A stretch of DNA of 51,248 nt, from the IMG/VR virus record IMGVR_UViG_3300048999_000032, positions 1-51,248 of that record, one strand, 5' to 3'. The notes under the pieces are model-generated. The model searched no databases. It saw only the letters and a list, made by a program, of their open reading frames with translations, and had not been told where the DNA came from. The DNA is from a virus (Duplodnaviria; Caudoviricetes). Shown one piece after another: positions 8,265-17,723 of the stretch; the stretch's first letter is position 1; every line of letters starts with the position of its first letter. Made by a program: the position numbers and the translations under genes.

Positions 8265-8995
8265 CAGGCAACCCACCTGAAGCTGTCGTCAAGGAACACC
8301 TTCCGGCCGTCTATGTGGCCGGCCAATAGTTCGTGAGCCAGGTCGCTGTAGCGCAGCTTCTTCCAGGCCCACCGTGCGCCCGCGTGGTACTCCGGAGAAT
8401 CCCAGCGGGGCTCGGTCTCCTTGGGTTGCTCCTCGACCTCCACCAACGCCTGTGCGGCCTCTTGGAGTTCGGTTAGCACCGACCATCCGATACCGCACAT
8501 GTACCTGAACTTCTCGTATCGATCGACCCGCGGGCGATCCATCGCGATCGCCAGTGCGCGCGTGAGTTCGTCCAGCGGCAGGCCCGCCTTATAGAACCTC
8601 TCGATGCTGTCTGCGCCACCCTCGGGCCACACTGGATCTCTGTAGCTGCCGAAGCAGTACTCATTCCACTTGGCTTCGAAGGCGACGCAGTAGTCGATCA
8701 TCGGCTGTCGTTCGGCGGCGCGGTTCGCGACAGCCTGCTCCATGGCTGCCGACCACCGCAACGCCTTCTCCTGCACGTCCGCGACCAGTGGCGCATCTGG
8801 TGAGCTAGACGTCTTTCCGGCGTTGCAGTCCTTGCAGGCGGCTACGAGGTTCGTCGGATCGTCTGTACCACCGAGGGCCACGGGGACCACATGATCGATG
8901 GTGAGGGCGACCTCTGGCGCGTGAGCTCCGCAGTAGCGGCAGGTGTTGTTGTCGCGGCGCAGGATCTCATAGCGCAGGCGCTTCGGTACCGCCAT
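8264..8995 (-). CDS. HNH endonuclease-domain protein
   Basis: RLRYEILRRDNNTCRYCG...IDHVVPVALGGTDDPTNLVAACKDCNAGK. Confidence 0.88.
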   Translation of the reverse strand: MAVPKRLRYEILRRDNNTCRYCGAHAPEVALTIDHVVPVALGGTDDPTNLVAACKDCNAGKTSSSPDAPLVADVQEKALRWSAAMEQAVANRAAERQPMIDYCVAFEAKWNEYCFGSYRDPVWPEGGADSIERFYKAGLPLDELTRALAIAMDRPRVDRYEKFRYMCGIGWSVLTELQEAAQALVEVEEQPKETEPRWDSPEYHAGARWAWKKLRYSDLAHELLAGHIDGRKVFLDDSFRWVA

Positions 8996-9191
8996 CAGCG
9001 TCCTCCTCAATCTCGTCTTCGTCGTCTGCTGCTTCGTAGAGCTCTAGCTGTCTGAGTGCCTGCATCTGCGGGTCGAGGACTTCCGCGGGGACGCTCCGGA
9101 ACCAGATCGGGTCGCTGAAGCGTTCACTCGTGAGCGCTTCCAGCACCAGCCGCCGGCCGGGGTTGGCCATGGGTGAGGAAGGGTCGGTCAT
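8967..9191 (-). CDS. Hypothetical protein
   Basis: Fills the gap between MTase and HNH; start overlaps the MTase stop. Confidence 0.45.
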   Translation of the reverse strand: MTDPSSPMANPGRRLVLEALTSERFSDPIWFRSVPAEVLDPQMQALRQLELYEAADDEDEIEEDADGGTEAPAL

Positions 9192-10648
9192 GCGACCTCC
9201 AGGGATGCAGCGACAGCGGCCACGAGGTCACGTGCGGCGGGTGGCGTGACGGCGTTCCCGGCCATGCGGACCCGTTCGCGGCGGTTGCCTTCCCAGATGT
9301 AGTCAGCGGGGAACGCCATGCCCGCGGCTACTTCGCTGGGCTCAAGCATCCGGAACAGGCAGTCCTGGATGTCAGGGACGGTGCCGGTGGTGATGGACTG
9401 GTGGCCCTTCGTGGTGAGCGTCCGGAACGGTTCCCCTGCGGGCGTGGTCATCTCGGCGCCGTCTCCCTTGCTGGAGTTGTGGCGGGTGACGAGCGCGAAC
9501 CGGTCGACCGTGGTCAGAGTTCCGAGTGCCTCACTGTCAGGCTTGGCGTACTCGCTCGCTCCGTAGTAGGGAACGACGAGTCCGTGGTGATTGCCGGATG
9601 CGGTGACCGTCGAGAGTGGCTGGGATGTCGGCCGTGCCGTGGACCCGCCGCCGCGGAGCTCGGTGATGAACGGAGAGAACGCTATCCCGGTCTCGTTGCG
9701 GGTCGTCTGCGTACGCATGGGAAGAGTCGCTGGTAGCGGCTGCTTACCGTCGCGTCCCTCGACAGGGGTCATGATCGGCGGGTGACCCTGCTGCCAGTAC
9801 CGCGCGATCCCTGCCGCGATGCGCGCCATGGTCTTATCAGCGAGCGGCTTGACCCGGTCACCGATCCGCTGGCCACTCAAGGACCAGTCGATAGCGGCAG
9901 CGGCAGGCAGCCACGCGGGCTCGACGATGCTGTTCCTGCAGGCGATCTTCGGGCACCTGTACACGTACTGCGAGCGGTACCGTCCATGCTGCTTGTCGGG
10001 GTTCTTCCACGCCTGCATCGCCTCGACAACCTCGTCACAGGTTGGGCAGTACGCCTTGGGCCGCTGCATCGAATGCAGGTCGGGCGCCTTGTTCCCCTTG
10101 CGCCAGAACACCACGTACATGCGGTCCCGTGACTGGGGCGCGGGGAGCCCGCCGGCCTGTGCGTGCATGCTGTTCAGGAACACAAGCTTGTGGTCGTAGC
10201 CGTAGGAGTCCATCGACAGCAGCCATGCCTGGAACGGCGGCCAGTGGCGTGCGTCGACGACGTTCTCGACGATGACCGCCTGGTACCTGTGCGCCTCGGT
10301 GAACCGCGGCACGTCCCACATGGTTGCCCGGCTGCGCTCGGCGGCCTCGGATGGCAGGGTCTCTTCGAACAGGTCAGGCTGTGCGTCCTGACGCCGGATC
10401 CCCTTCGCGACCGAATGGTTGGTGCACTCAGGTGAAGCCCACAGGATGTCCGTGGCGGGGAAGTAGCGCGGGTCGGTCTGGGAGATGTCCGCACAGGTGT
10501 GGTCGGCGTCCGGGTGATTGGCGTTGTGGACGTCGACAGCCTTCTGCCAGTGGTTCATGGCGTGCCGGATCTCGATGCCAGGAACCTGGATAGCTCCAGC
10601 CGCGTCCCCGCCGGCGCCACAGAACAGGGTTCGAAGTGTCAGGCTCAT
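9188..10648 (-). CDS. DNA (cytosine-5)-methyltransferase
   Basis: LFCGAGG (motif I), WASPECT (variant IV), ENV (VI), QSRDR (VIII), GNAV (X). Confidence 0.93.
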   Translation of the reverse strand: MSLTLRTLFCGAGGDAAGAIQVPGIEIRHAMNHWQKAVDVHNANHPDADHTCADISQTDPRYFPATDILWASPECTNHSVAKGIRRQDAQPDLFEETLPSEAAERSRATMWDVPRFTEAHRYQAVIVENVVDARHWPPFQAWLLSMDSYGYDHKLVFLNSMHAQAGGLPAPQSRDRMYVVFWRKGNKAPDLHSMQRPKAYCPTCDEVVEAMQAWKNPDKQHGRYRSQYVYRCPKIACRNSIVEPAWLPAAAAIDWSLSGQRIGDRVKPLADKTMARIAAGIARYWQQGHPPIMTPVEGRDGKQPLPATLPMRTQTTRNETGIAFSPFITELRGGGSTARPTSQPLSTVTASGNHHGLVVPYYGASEYAKPDSEALGTLTTVDRFALVTRHNSSKGDGAEMTTPAGEPFRTLTTKGHQSITTGTVPDIQDCLFRMLEPSEVAAGMAFPADYIWEGNRRERVRMAGNAVTPPAARDLVAAVAASLEVA

Positions 10649-11013
10649 CCGGTCTCCCCGAGGTAGGGGATCCGGGAGCCGTCGTCAGACAAGGTGTGCC
10701 AGCCGTCGAAGCACAGCAGCGGCGTGGTCTCGGGGTCGTCGAGGAACCCGAGCAGCCAGCCGCGGACCGTGGCCAGGGTGCGCTGCGACTCGACGAAGCC
10801 GTGGCATCCCGTGGTCCCGGTGCCGCAGAGCCTGACGAGGTTGGATGCGCGCTCGAGCAGGGCGCTGCCTCCCATGCCCCGCCTACGGCGATGGTGAACG
10901 CTGCTGGGCTGGTCCACGATCGACGCGCCGCACATCTGGCAGCGATGCCCGTCCCTCTCGCGGACGATGCGTCTGGCGGCATCCTGGACTGCTCTCGTGG
11001 CCTTGGGGCTCAT
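10645..11013 (-). CDS. HNH endonuclease
   Basis: RDGHRCQMCG...HHRRRRGMGG...NLVRLCG...GCHGFVE. Confidence 0.85.
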   Translation of the reverse strand: MSPKATRAVQDAARRIVRERDGHRCQMCGASIVDQPSSVHHRRRRGMGGSALLERASNLVRLCGTGTTGCHGFVESQRTLATVRGWLLGFLDDPETTPLLCFDGWHTLSDDGSRIPYLGETG

Positions 11014-11411
11014 GAGACCCCCGACATGTTGTACGCGGTCGTGACGGACCTCAGGAGCGCCATTGCGATCATGGCCTGGTCGCGGACCGTGCGGTGGTGG
11101 TCGAGCGCACCTTCGCGGGCAGCTACCTTCAGGTCGTAGATGCGCTGCTGGTTGGCGCACTGGTCGTCGATCCACTGCTTGCGCTCATCGACCGTGGCCG
11201 CACCGCGTGCTACCCGGGGGCATTCCTTGTCGAACCCTGCGCGTCTGCGTGCCGCTTCGTAGTCGTGTTTGGCGGACACCTCGTCGTCGCGTGCACGGCG
11301 TAATGCGAGTTCGGCTCTGGTCATCTCCGAGTCGAGCCAGACCAGCCGCCGTTCCGCCGACGCAGGGGTGAGCGGGTGGCTGGGGGTGCTCTCGTAGCCG
11401 GGGTCGGTCAT
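11010..11411 (-). CDS. Hypothetical helical protein
   Basis: Coupled ORF, coiled-coil character. Confidence 0.7.
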   Translation of the reverse strand: MTDPGYESTPSHPLTPASAERRLVWLDSEMTRAELALRRARDDEVSAKHDYEAARRRAGFDKECPRVARGAATVDERKQWIDDQCANQQRIYDLKVAAREGALDHHRTVRDQAMIAMALLRSVTTAYNMSGVS

Positions 11412-11752
11412 AGGTCGCTCACCGCGTCTTCCATGTGCGTCGTGTACGGCTCCAGATCGGCGTACACGCGGGCTCGGAACGCGCGCGGGGTCAGCGCCTC
11501 ACGCCAATACTGCTTGGCCCGTGCAATGCTCTTCTGGCGCCAGCCACGGGCGAACGGACGTTCCATCCGCTCACCGTCACCCCACCCGTCACCGCAGTGG
11601 CAGCAGTACAGCGAGGACGCATACCAGGCGCCGCCGTAGACCTCGACGACTCGCCGCTTGGTCTGGCAGTTCCAGCAGCGCATGATGTGTCGGCGCACGA
11701 CGTTCCGGGGACCGCTGCAGATGACGCCGCCCGCGAACTCCTGGCACCCCAT
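11408..11752 (-). CDS. Zn-finger hypothetical protein
   Basis: CWNC and CCHCG. Confidence 0.65.
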   Translation of the reverse strand: MGCQEFAGGVICSGPRNVVRRHIMRCWNCQTKRRVVEVYGGAWYASSLYCCHCGDGWGDGERMERPFARGWRQKSIARAKQYWREALTPRAFRARVYADLEPYTTHMEDAVSDL

Positions 11753-11985
11753 CAGTCCTCCAACTCGTCGGGTCCGAGTACCTGGTGGATGCGGGCCTCT
11801 TGAAGGTCGGGGTCGTACGTCCCACCACTGGTTTCGGGTACGACAAAACGCCAGCTGGGGACGAAGCGACCGAACGAGGTCTGCGCCTTGGTCGGCTTCG
11901 GGGCGTCCGGTTCCTTACCGCACTCGTGGATTTCACCGAAGACAGTGGCGTCACCTTCTCGGTAGCAGCCGCAGCGCTTAGCCAT
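11752..11985 (-). CDS. Hypothetical protein
   Basis: Coupled ORF. Confidence 0.55.
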   Translation of the reverse strand: MAKRCGCYREGDATVFGEIHECGKEPDAPKPTKAQTSFGRFVPSWRFVVPETSGGTYDPDLQEARIHQVLGPDELED

Positions 11986-12181
11986 GGGGATGCCCTCCGC
12001 AGTCGCGACCGTTGCACTCGACTACAGGTGCGGGGTCGTCGGCAGGCCGTTGCTCAACATCACTGTCGCGAGGTTCATGCTCGCCGCCATGGCCATCGGG
12101 AAAGCGGCATTCCGGGTCGAGACCGCACGGACCGTACAGCAGGACGCTGTAGTCGTTCATCGTCCGCGGGGCGTCAGCCAT
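11978..12181 (-). CDS. Hypothetical protein (C...C...GHGGEH)
   Basis: GAGGTG RBS; Cys/His motif. Confidence 0.55.
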   Translation of the reverse strand: MADAPRTMNDYSVLLYGPCGLDPECRFPDGHGGEHEPRDSDVEQRPADDPAPVVECNGRDCGGHPHG

Positions 12182-12488
12182 GGCGGTTCACCTCTGCCTG
12201 CTCTTCGCCGGCCAGCACGTTGCGCTGAATGCGCCGCAGCACCTGTACGGCTTCCCGCTGTGTCCAGCCCCGTGACCCGCCTGGTTCGGCGATGGACCGC
12301 ATGATCGCGAACAGCGCCCAGAAGCCTTCGGGGTAGCGGCCGTGGTCGTGCCATGCCTCGTTCTTCACGGCTTCGGCGATACGGTCGGCTTCGCCTTCCT
12401 CAAGAGGCTGGAGTGGTGGCTCTGGCCACAACTCGCCGCCGTCCATCCAGGCATCCGATGGCGGGTCCCATGGGTCACGGTCGCTCAT
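12174..12488 (-). CDS. Hypothetical protein
   Basis: MSDRDPWDPP start overlapping upstream stop. Confidence 0.6.
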   Translation of the reverse strand: MSDRDPWDPPSDAWMDGGELWPEPPLQPLEEGEADRIAEAVKNEAWHDHGRYPEGFWALFAIMRSIAEPGGSRGWTQREAVQVLRRIQRNVLAGEEQAEVNRHG

Positions 12489-12703
12489 TCGAACCACCCC
12501 TCGTACACGGAAGTGACCTTGTTGCGTTTGCCGACGAACGCGAGTTTGTGTCCGAGCTCGAACTGCACGTCGATCAGGTTGAGTAGGCTGACCGCTCGAC
12601 GCGTGGCCTCGGTGACGGTGCAGCCGTGCGCCCTGCTGTATGCCTTTAGCGCGTCGGCCACATCCTCGGAGACGTTCACACTGAGGCGCTGAATGCTGCT
12701 CAC
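12485..12703 (-). CDS. Ribbon-helix-helix DNA-binding protein
   Basis: QRLSVNVSEDVADALKAYSRAHGCTVTEATRRAV. Confidence 0.75.
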   Translation of the reverse strand: MSSIQRLSVNVSEDVADALKAYSRAHGCTVTEATRRAVSLLNLIDVQFELGHKLAFVGKRNKVTSVYEGWFE

Positions 12704-12873
12704 GACTCATCCCCGCTCTTTCGCTTGAGCCACCTACGGCGGCCCTGGCGTCGCAGCATCGACGCGCGCACTGCCGCCTGAGCCTCCAGGCGCACGCTCT
12801 CGAAGTACGCCTCCGGGTCGCGTAGAAGCTCATCGGCACGCTCGCCGCAACTCTTGACCTTGATGGACTTCAT
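12700..12873 (-). CDS. Small hypothetical protein (57 aa)
   Basis: MKSIKVKSCGERADELLRDPEAYFESVR...; 4-nt overlaps at both ends. Confidence 0.55.
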   Translation of the reverse strand: MKSIKVKSCGERADELLRDPEAYFESVRLEAQAAVRASMLRRQGRRRWLKRKSGDES

Positions 12874-13775
12874 TCGGCACCTGCCTTGTCTGCCAGCGCG
12901 TCACGGCGCTGCACGTCCTCGTACCGGGCTTTGATCAGGTCGATCAGCGCCAGCGGCTGGCCCGCGTTGTCGGGTACGGCGGCGTGGTCGATGCCGAGCT
13001 TGCGTGAAGTGGCGGCGAGCTCGATCAGTTCCGCTGCCTGGATCTCGTCGGACATGACCCGCTCCCGGATCTCTCGCGCGTCAGGAACGGACTCGCCGTC
13101 TTCCAGCCAGCTGCGGATCGTCTTGCCGAGGTCAGCATCAGGCTCCCGGATCACCGCGCGGGTGAGGTTCGGGATGCGGGACTTCGTCACCGTCAGGGTG
13201 TTCTCATGGTCCAGATCTCCGACCAGGTCGAACTCGTATTCCACGCCTTCGCGCTGCTCGGGCTTCAGGCCGATCTTGCGGGGAACCTTCTTGCCGCGGT
13301 CGTTCTCCTCGATCACGTACTCCGTCTTCACCCTGAGGGTGGCGATGACGTGGCCGGGGTAGGAGATCAGCGCGTCGATCATGCGCCGCTCGTCGGGCCG
13401 GACCTCTTTCCACCCGGAGAAGTTGTTGCCGTTGCGGGCGCGCTTGTCGACCTGCTCGAGCATGCCGTCGACACCCATCCAGTAGTGCGACCACGAGTCC
13501 AGGACTAGGACGTCGAACCCTTCCTGCCCGGCCTCCGACAACAGTCCGGTGAGGGCCTCGGGTGAGAACTTGCCAGGCGCAACGGTGCCGAACTTCCACC
13601 CGTTGACCCCGGCATACTTGGACGCGGAGCCACGCTCGGTGTCGATCACCGCGATGCGCTCTCCCAGGGCGTGAGCGAGCGTCAGGGCGGTCCAGGTCTT
13701 GCCGCTACCGGACGGGCCACACAAGGCGATACGCGCCTTCGTGGAGGTCCTAGTGGCGGGGGTGAAGCTGCTCAT
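12870..13775 (-). CDS. AAA_24 / Sak4-like recombination ATPase
   Basis: Walker A GPSGSGKT, VIDTERGS, Walker B VLVLDS, EYEFD. Confidence 0.88.
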   Translation of the reverse strand: MSSFTPATRTSTKARIALCGPSGSGKTWTALTLAHALGERIAVIDTERGSASKYAGVNGWKFGTVAPGKFSPEALTGLLSEAGQEGFDVLVLDSWSHYWMGVDGMLEQVDKRARNGNNFSGWKEVRPDERRMIDALISYPGHVIATLRVKTEYVIEENDRGKKVPRKIGLKPEQREGVEYEFDLVGDLDHENTLTVTKSRIPNLTRAVIREPDADLGKTIRSWLEDGESVPDAREIRERVMSDEIQAAELIELAATSRKLGIDHAAVPDNAGQPLALIDLIKARYEDVQRRDALADKAGAE

Positions 13776-14110
13776 ATCTCTCTCGTTCCTGCTGCTAGTA
13801 AGGTCTCGTCGGTGCACTCGGGTTCGTAGTAGTCCGCGTGGAACTCGGGCTTCGGCTGTGTCCGCTCGGCATGGGGGTCGTCTACCGACACGGCGCGCAG
13901 GACCCCGTACTTGTCTTTGCGCCACAGGATCTTTGGCGGGTTCGCTTCCAGCGCCTTCGCCATCTCACGTTCGTAGTTGTTGAACCCCGAAGGTGCGGCG
14001 TAGGAGCGTTCCCGGTTCGCTGCGGTGCAGGGATCACAAGGCTTCTCGTTGTTGCGCAGATGCCTCGCATAGGCGGCGTAGGTGCCGCACGGCTTCAGCT
14101 TCCTTGCCAT
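13772..14110 (-). CDS. Hypothetical protein with PCGTYAAYARH...PCDPC motif
   Basis: Zn-binding motif often found next to or fused with phage WhiB. Confidence 0.65.
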   Translation of the reverse strand: MARKLKPCGTYAAYARHLRNNEKPCDPCTAANRERSYAAPSGFNNYEREMAKALEANPPKILWRKDKYGVLRAVSVDDPHAERTQPKPEFHADYYEPECTDETLLAAGTREI

Positions 14111-14388
14111 CAGGCCGCCCCCTCGATCTGCTCAGCCAGCCACTGAGGCTCGTACCTCGTACGGGCGAGCGGACCCAATCCGCCGAAGATGCCAGCACGG
14201 AAGTGGTGGTCCTGACCCATCTCCATGCGCATCGCGTAGTCCAGGCACTGCAACCTGACCCGGCAGACGGTTGCGCACACAACCTTGGCCGCGTTCCAGT
14301 CCTCGCCCTTGGAGGGGAAGAACACGGACGTGCCGATGGACAGGCACTCCGCGGCGGCGACCCACGGCTCTTCGCGGTACAGGTTCAT
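14110..14388 (-). CDS. whiB: WhiB-family transcription factor
   Basis: W...A.C...FFP...AKVVC...CRVRLQCL...GIFGG. Confidence 0.92.
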   Translation of the reverse strand: MNLYREEPWVAAAECLSIGTSVFFPSKGEDWNAAKVVCATVCRVRLQCLDYAMRMEMGQDHHFRAGIFGGLGPLARTRYEPQWLAEQIEGAA

Positions 14389-14774
14389 GCGGGCACCTCC
14401 GAGAATGTGAGCTTGATGAAGCAGGCGATGCCGGGCAGGGTGCAGGCTTCATCGGAAGCGGTGAAGGTGACGGCCTTCAGGTACTGGTCGTCGTCACCGG
14501 GCAGTAGGCCGTAGTCCCCGACCACGCCATCGATCGCAGCCTTCGCCGCAGGCTGTAAGTTGTGCGCGTCGCGGGTCCGCTTCAGCGGAGGCCACGAGAC
14601 CTCGACGCTTAGGGTCGCCGCTTGCATCTTCGCCGGGTGCAGATAGCGTGCCCACACGAGCGCCATGTCCCGGATCGTGCGGGTGCGGCGTGCTTTGTCG
14701 AAGTGGTTGAGGCGCTGGTTGCTCGTGAGCAGGTTGTCCCTGCTGAGCGCGATCCCGATGGCTACTTGCTCCAC
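14385..14774 (-). CDS. rusA: RusA-like Holliday junction resolvase
   Basis: RDAHNLQPAAKAAIDG....LLPGDDD catalytic motif. Confidence 0.8.
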   Translation of the reverse strand: MEQVAIGIALSRDNLLTSNQRLNHFDKARRTRTIRDMALVWARYLHPAKMQAATLSVEVSWPPLKRTRDAHNLQPAAKAAIDGVVGDYGLLPGDDDQYLKAVTFTASDEACTLPGIACFIKLTFSEVPA

Positions 14775-15013
14775 TTCGCCACCCGCTTTCCTGCGTCAGT
14801 GAGGGACCATGTCTGATCCCAGGTCACGAACCCATGGCGGTGCAGGGCGTGCATCGTGTTCGGGTGGGCCGTCAGTTCGCCACCGCTTGCCAGCTGCTCA
14901 ACAGCAGCACGGGCGGGCTTGGACAGGCGGCTCCAGATGCGCTGAGCGACCAGGACCTCAGCGAGAAGCGGCACACCTTCTCGCGGTTGCATCTCGATCT
15001 TCCAGTCGCTCAT
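14762..15013 (-). CDS. Hypothetical winged-helix-like protein
   Basis: HPNTMHALHRHGFV...LTDAGKRV; GGGGAGG RBS. Confidence 0.6.
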   Translation of the reverse strand: MSDWKIEMQPREGVPLLAEVLVAQRIWSRLSKPARAAVEQLASGGELTAHPNTMHALHRHGFVTWDQTWSLTDAGKRVAKWSK

Positions 15014-15266
15014 CGGGTTCCTCCCCTGTCGGTTGATGGCCCTGCCCCCAGCAGGGCGGGCGACTTTTAGTTACTGACTGACTCCGAAGAGCCTCACCAC
15101 TCCCATCCGCGACGCATCGTCCTCACCTCCGATCAGGTCGATTGGCCCGGATGTATGCGGTCCGGGCAGCTGTGGCGTCCGCTGTCGACTGCGGGGTCCA
15201 GGTCGTCGAACGGAGCCGGCCAGATCACCTCGCGGACAGCGTCGAGCAGGCAGTGCAGGAGCTCCC

Positions 15267-15656
15267 TCATAACGCCTCCTGGAGAAGCCGCAGACGACTA
15301 ACAGGCGGCTTGCCGGACCGCCCCAGGTAGACCGGGATGAGGTCACGCCAGTAGCCGCACACCACCTCATTGAGGCCGTACTGATCGCCGGTGAGGTCGA
15401 TGATGATGTCGTCCACCTGCAGCCAGCAGTGCTCGTCAGTGACGCGTTTCGAGTCCAGCCAGACCGTGCCTTCGAAGTAGTCCGTGTCGACGCCGTGGTC
15501 GGTCTTCAACTGTTGCTGCAGCCACGCCGAAGTGACTCCGCACTGACCTACCGGCGACCCGGCTTCACCGTCGCCGTGTGCCGTGTCCGGGGTCCATGCC
15601 TGCCGGACCGTGGCGCGGTAGGCGGCGAGTAGAGGCCGTAGTTCCTGCGGGGTCAT
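15267..15656 (-). CDS. YunG-like / transglutaminase-fold protein
   Basis: AWTPDT...GQCGVTS...HCWL...IIDLTGDQY (Cys-His-Asp). Confidence 0.6.
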   Translation of the reverse strand: MTPQELRPLLAAYRATVRQAWTPDTAHGDGEAGSPVGQCGVTSAWLQQQLKTDHGVDTDYFEGTVWLDSKRVTDEHCWLQVDDIIIDLTGDQYGLNEVVCGYWRDLIPVYLGRSGKPPVSRLRLLQEAL

Positions 15657-15829
15657 CAGGCTCCGTCCCAGATGTGGTCGTTGGTGGTGTCGGCCTTGCA
15701 GCGCTCTAGGGCCGCCTCGGTGGCATCCCGCTCTACGTGCTCGCGGTGGTACCAGTGCTTGAAGAGCACAGCGAGGACGAAGAGCCAGGCGATGCCGAAC
15801 CAGAACCAGATCGCTGCCTGCGGGATCAT
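15656..15829 (-). CDS. Small membrane protein
   Basis: N-terminal TM segment IWFWFGIAWLFVLAVLF. Confidence 0.6.
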   Translation of the reverse strand: MIPQAAIWFWFGIAWLFVLAVLFKHWYHREHVERDATEAALERCKADTTNDHIWDGA

Positions 15830-16059
15830 GTCCGCCTCGCTCGTACGGGATAGGCGCTGCACAGGCTGAGGAAGCGATCGGCGAACGAGTCCGTGACGTA
15901 CTTCCGGAAGGCCGCAGAGTCCGGCGCGGGGTCGCTGGCTGCTGCTGGTTGCAGGATCGCCAGCAGGCGGTCGGCGTGGACGTTGGGCGGGTCGTAGGGC
16001 TCACCCTTGCGTACCGCTTTGAAGCGGTCTCTGCTGAGTTTGATCGGCGCCGAAGTCAT
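15826..16059 (-). CDS. Hypothetical protein
   Basis: Coupled ORF. Confidence 0.5.
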   Translation of the reverse strand: MTSAPIKLSRDRFKAVRKGEPYDPPNVHADRLLAILQPAAASDPAPDSAAFRKYVTDSFADRFLSLCSAYPVRARRT

Positions 16060-16637
16060 CGCTGCACCGACTTCGGCTCGTCGTCTCCCTTGAGCGTCAC
16101 CTTGAACATCTGGTTCGCGGCGACGTGGTAAACGACGATGCCTTCGGGGTCCATGAATCCAGGCATCGCCGCCGAGCCGTTGGCGCGCAGGCCTTCGAGG
16201 CAGTAGTCGATGAACTTCTGGTTGTACGGTCCGGAGTACAGGACCGGTACGACGTCGAGTCCTTCGTTGATCAGGTCAACGACCGCCTCGTTGTCTTCGT
16301 CTTCGAAGACGTCCTGCCAGCGTTTGACGTTGAACAGGCTGAACCGCTTGGCGGTCTTCTCCAGTCCGTACTTGCGCTGGATGCCGCCACCCCACCACTC
16401 GCCGAAGTGATAGCCCTCACCAAGCACCTCGCGCAGCTGGTCGGCATTCTTCTGCACCCACGCCGCAAACCCGAAGTTGTCTTCCTCTGGGGTGATCACG
16501 CGAGAGCGGGACTGCGCGCCTACCTCGCCGGTCTCGGTGACGATGATCGCGGCGTTGGTGCCGTCGATCTTCTCGGTCACGTAGATCTCGCGGTTGAGGC
16601 GTGCGATCTTCGGCCACGCCTTGAACTCGATGGTCAT
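16056..16637 (-). CDS. RNA ligase family protein (Rnl2-like adenylation domain)
   Basis: TEKIDGTNA (motif I), FGEWWG, FSLFN, PEGIVV. Confidence 0.85.
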   Translation of the reverse strand: MTIEFKAWPKIARLNREIYVTEKIDGTNAAIIVTETGEVGAQSRSRVITPEEDNFGFAAWVQKNADQLREVLGEGYHFGEWWGGGIQRKYGLEKTAKRFSLFNVKRWQDVFEDEDNEAVVDLINEGLDVVPVLYSGPYNQKFIDYCLEGLRANGSAAMPGFMDPEGIVVYHVAANQMFKVTLKGDDEPKSVQR

Positions 16638-17185
16638 CTGTCTTCCTCGTGGAATCTCGTGAGTGGGTCTTCGTCGTAGGTCTGGCCGGCGAGCAGGTCC
16701 TCGAACGTGCCGTCGACCGAATAGGTGAGCCAGAGGTTGCCTTCGGGGTTCACCCAGGTCGTCACGATCTGGCCGTGCACGGACTTGTGGGTGGCTGCGT
16801 ACGCACTGCCGTCGAGTAACGCGATCCAGAAAAGCCAAGCGCGTTCATCGGCGAGCTTCACGAGCAACCGATCCGGCCAGTCCGGGTGTGGACCTACCGA
16901 CAGCGGCAGACGCTCCGGGGTCATCTGGCGGGTCAGGTAGAACACGACCTGCGCGTACGCCTGCACCAACCTCGCCGGCTCCTGCACCTCGAGCACGGAT
17001 GCGCCTGAGTGGCCGTGTAGCGCTTCGATGTGGCGAATGTCGGTGTACACGGCAACTGATGGGGTGGGACTGTCCCAGTGCATAGCGACGAGACCTGACG
17101 AGAATTCGCAGATCGTCGCCACGGCGCCGGTTCCGCTGACTGTGCTGATGTCGCGGTGTCGGTGGAGTGTGTAGAGCGTCGTCAT
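16634..17185 (-). CDS. Conserved phage hypothetical protein
   Basis: LHRHRDISTVSGTGAVA...F..G.VAMHW motif. Confidence 0.7.
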   Translation of the reverse strand: MTTLYTLHRHRDISTVSGTGAVATICEFSSGLVAMHWDSPTPSVAVYTDIRHIEALHGHSGASVLEVQEPARLVQAYAQVVFYLTRQMTPERLPLSVGPHPDWPDRLLVKLADERAWLFWIALLDGSAYAATHKSVHGQIVTTWVNPEGNLWLTYSVDGTFEDLLAGQTYDEDPLTRFHEEDR

Positions 17186-17261
17186 CGCCAGCTCCCCGTA
17201 CGCCATAGCATCCACAAACCCGCAACAGCGGCGACGGAGACGGCTGTCAGGAACACGCCGG

Positions 17262-17723
17262 TCATGACGGGCCACCGATCAGCGCAATGACGGCATCCGC
17301 TGCGGCCAGGGATTCGTGCCAGGTGATCTCGCCAGGGAGTGCCTTGTAGATCGCGTCCTGAATCTCATCCCGGTCGATTGTTGGTGTGGCTCCCTCGTGG
17401 GCTTTGAACAGTTCCTCAACGGCTCGGCGAGCCATCCCGAGCGCAAGGTTGTGGATGTGGGATCGCGGGAGCCGTTCGCCTTCGATGGCTGCCACGATCT
17501 CTTCCAGGTGGGGCGATGACGGGGCGGCAGCGAGACCGCCCTCGCCGTCCCTTCGTACGGGCAGAGCCGCCCCGTCATCGGTCAGGTGAGGCAGTGCGGC
17601 TTCCAGAGCGGTGCGGACGGTGGCGTCGAGGCCGGACCGGGGGTCGTAGCACTTGATCCCGTTGTGGCCGTGGTCGAACAGCACGTCCAGTGCTGCCTCT
17701 ACGGCTTCGTCGGTGAGCTTCAC
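17262..17723 (-). CDS. Hypothetical protein
   Basis: GTG start with GGAGG RBS; coupled. Confidence 0.6.
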   Translation of the reverse strand: MKLTDEAVEAALDVLFDHGHNGIKCYDPRSGLDATVRTALEAALPHLTDDGAALPVRRDGEGGLAAAPSSPHLEEIVAAIEGERLPRSHIHNLALGMARRAVEELFKAHEGATPTIDRDEIQDAIYKALPGEITWHESLAAADAVIALIGGPS

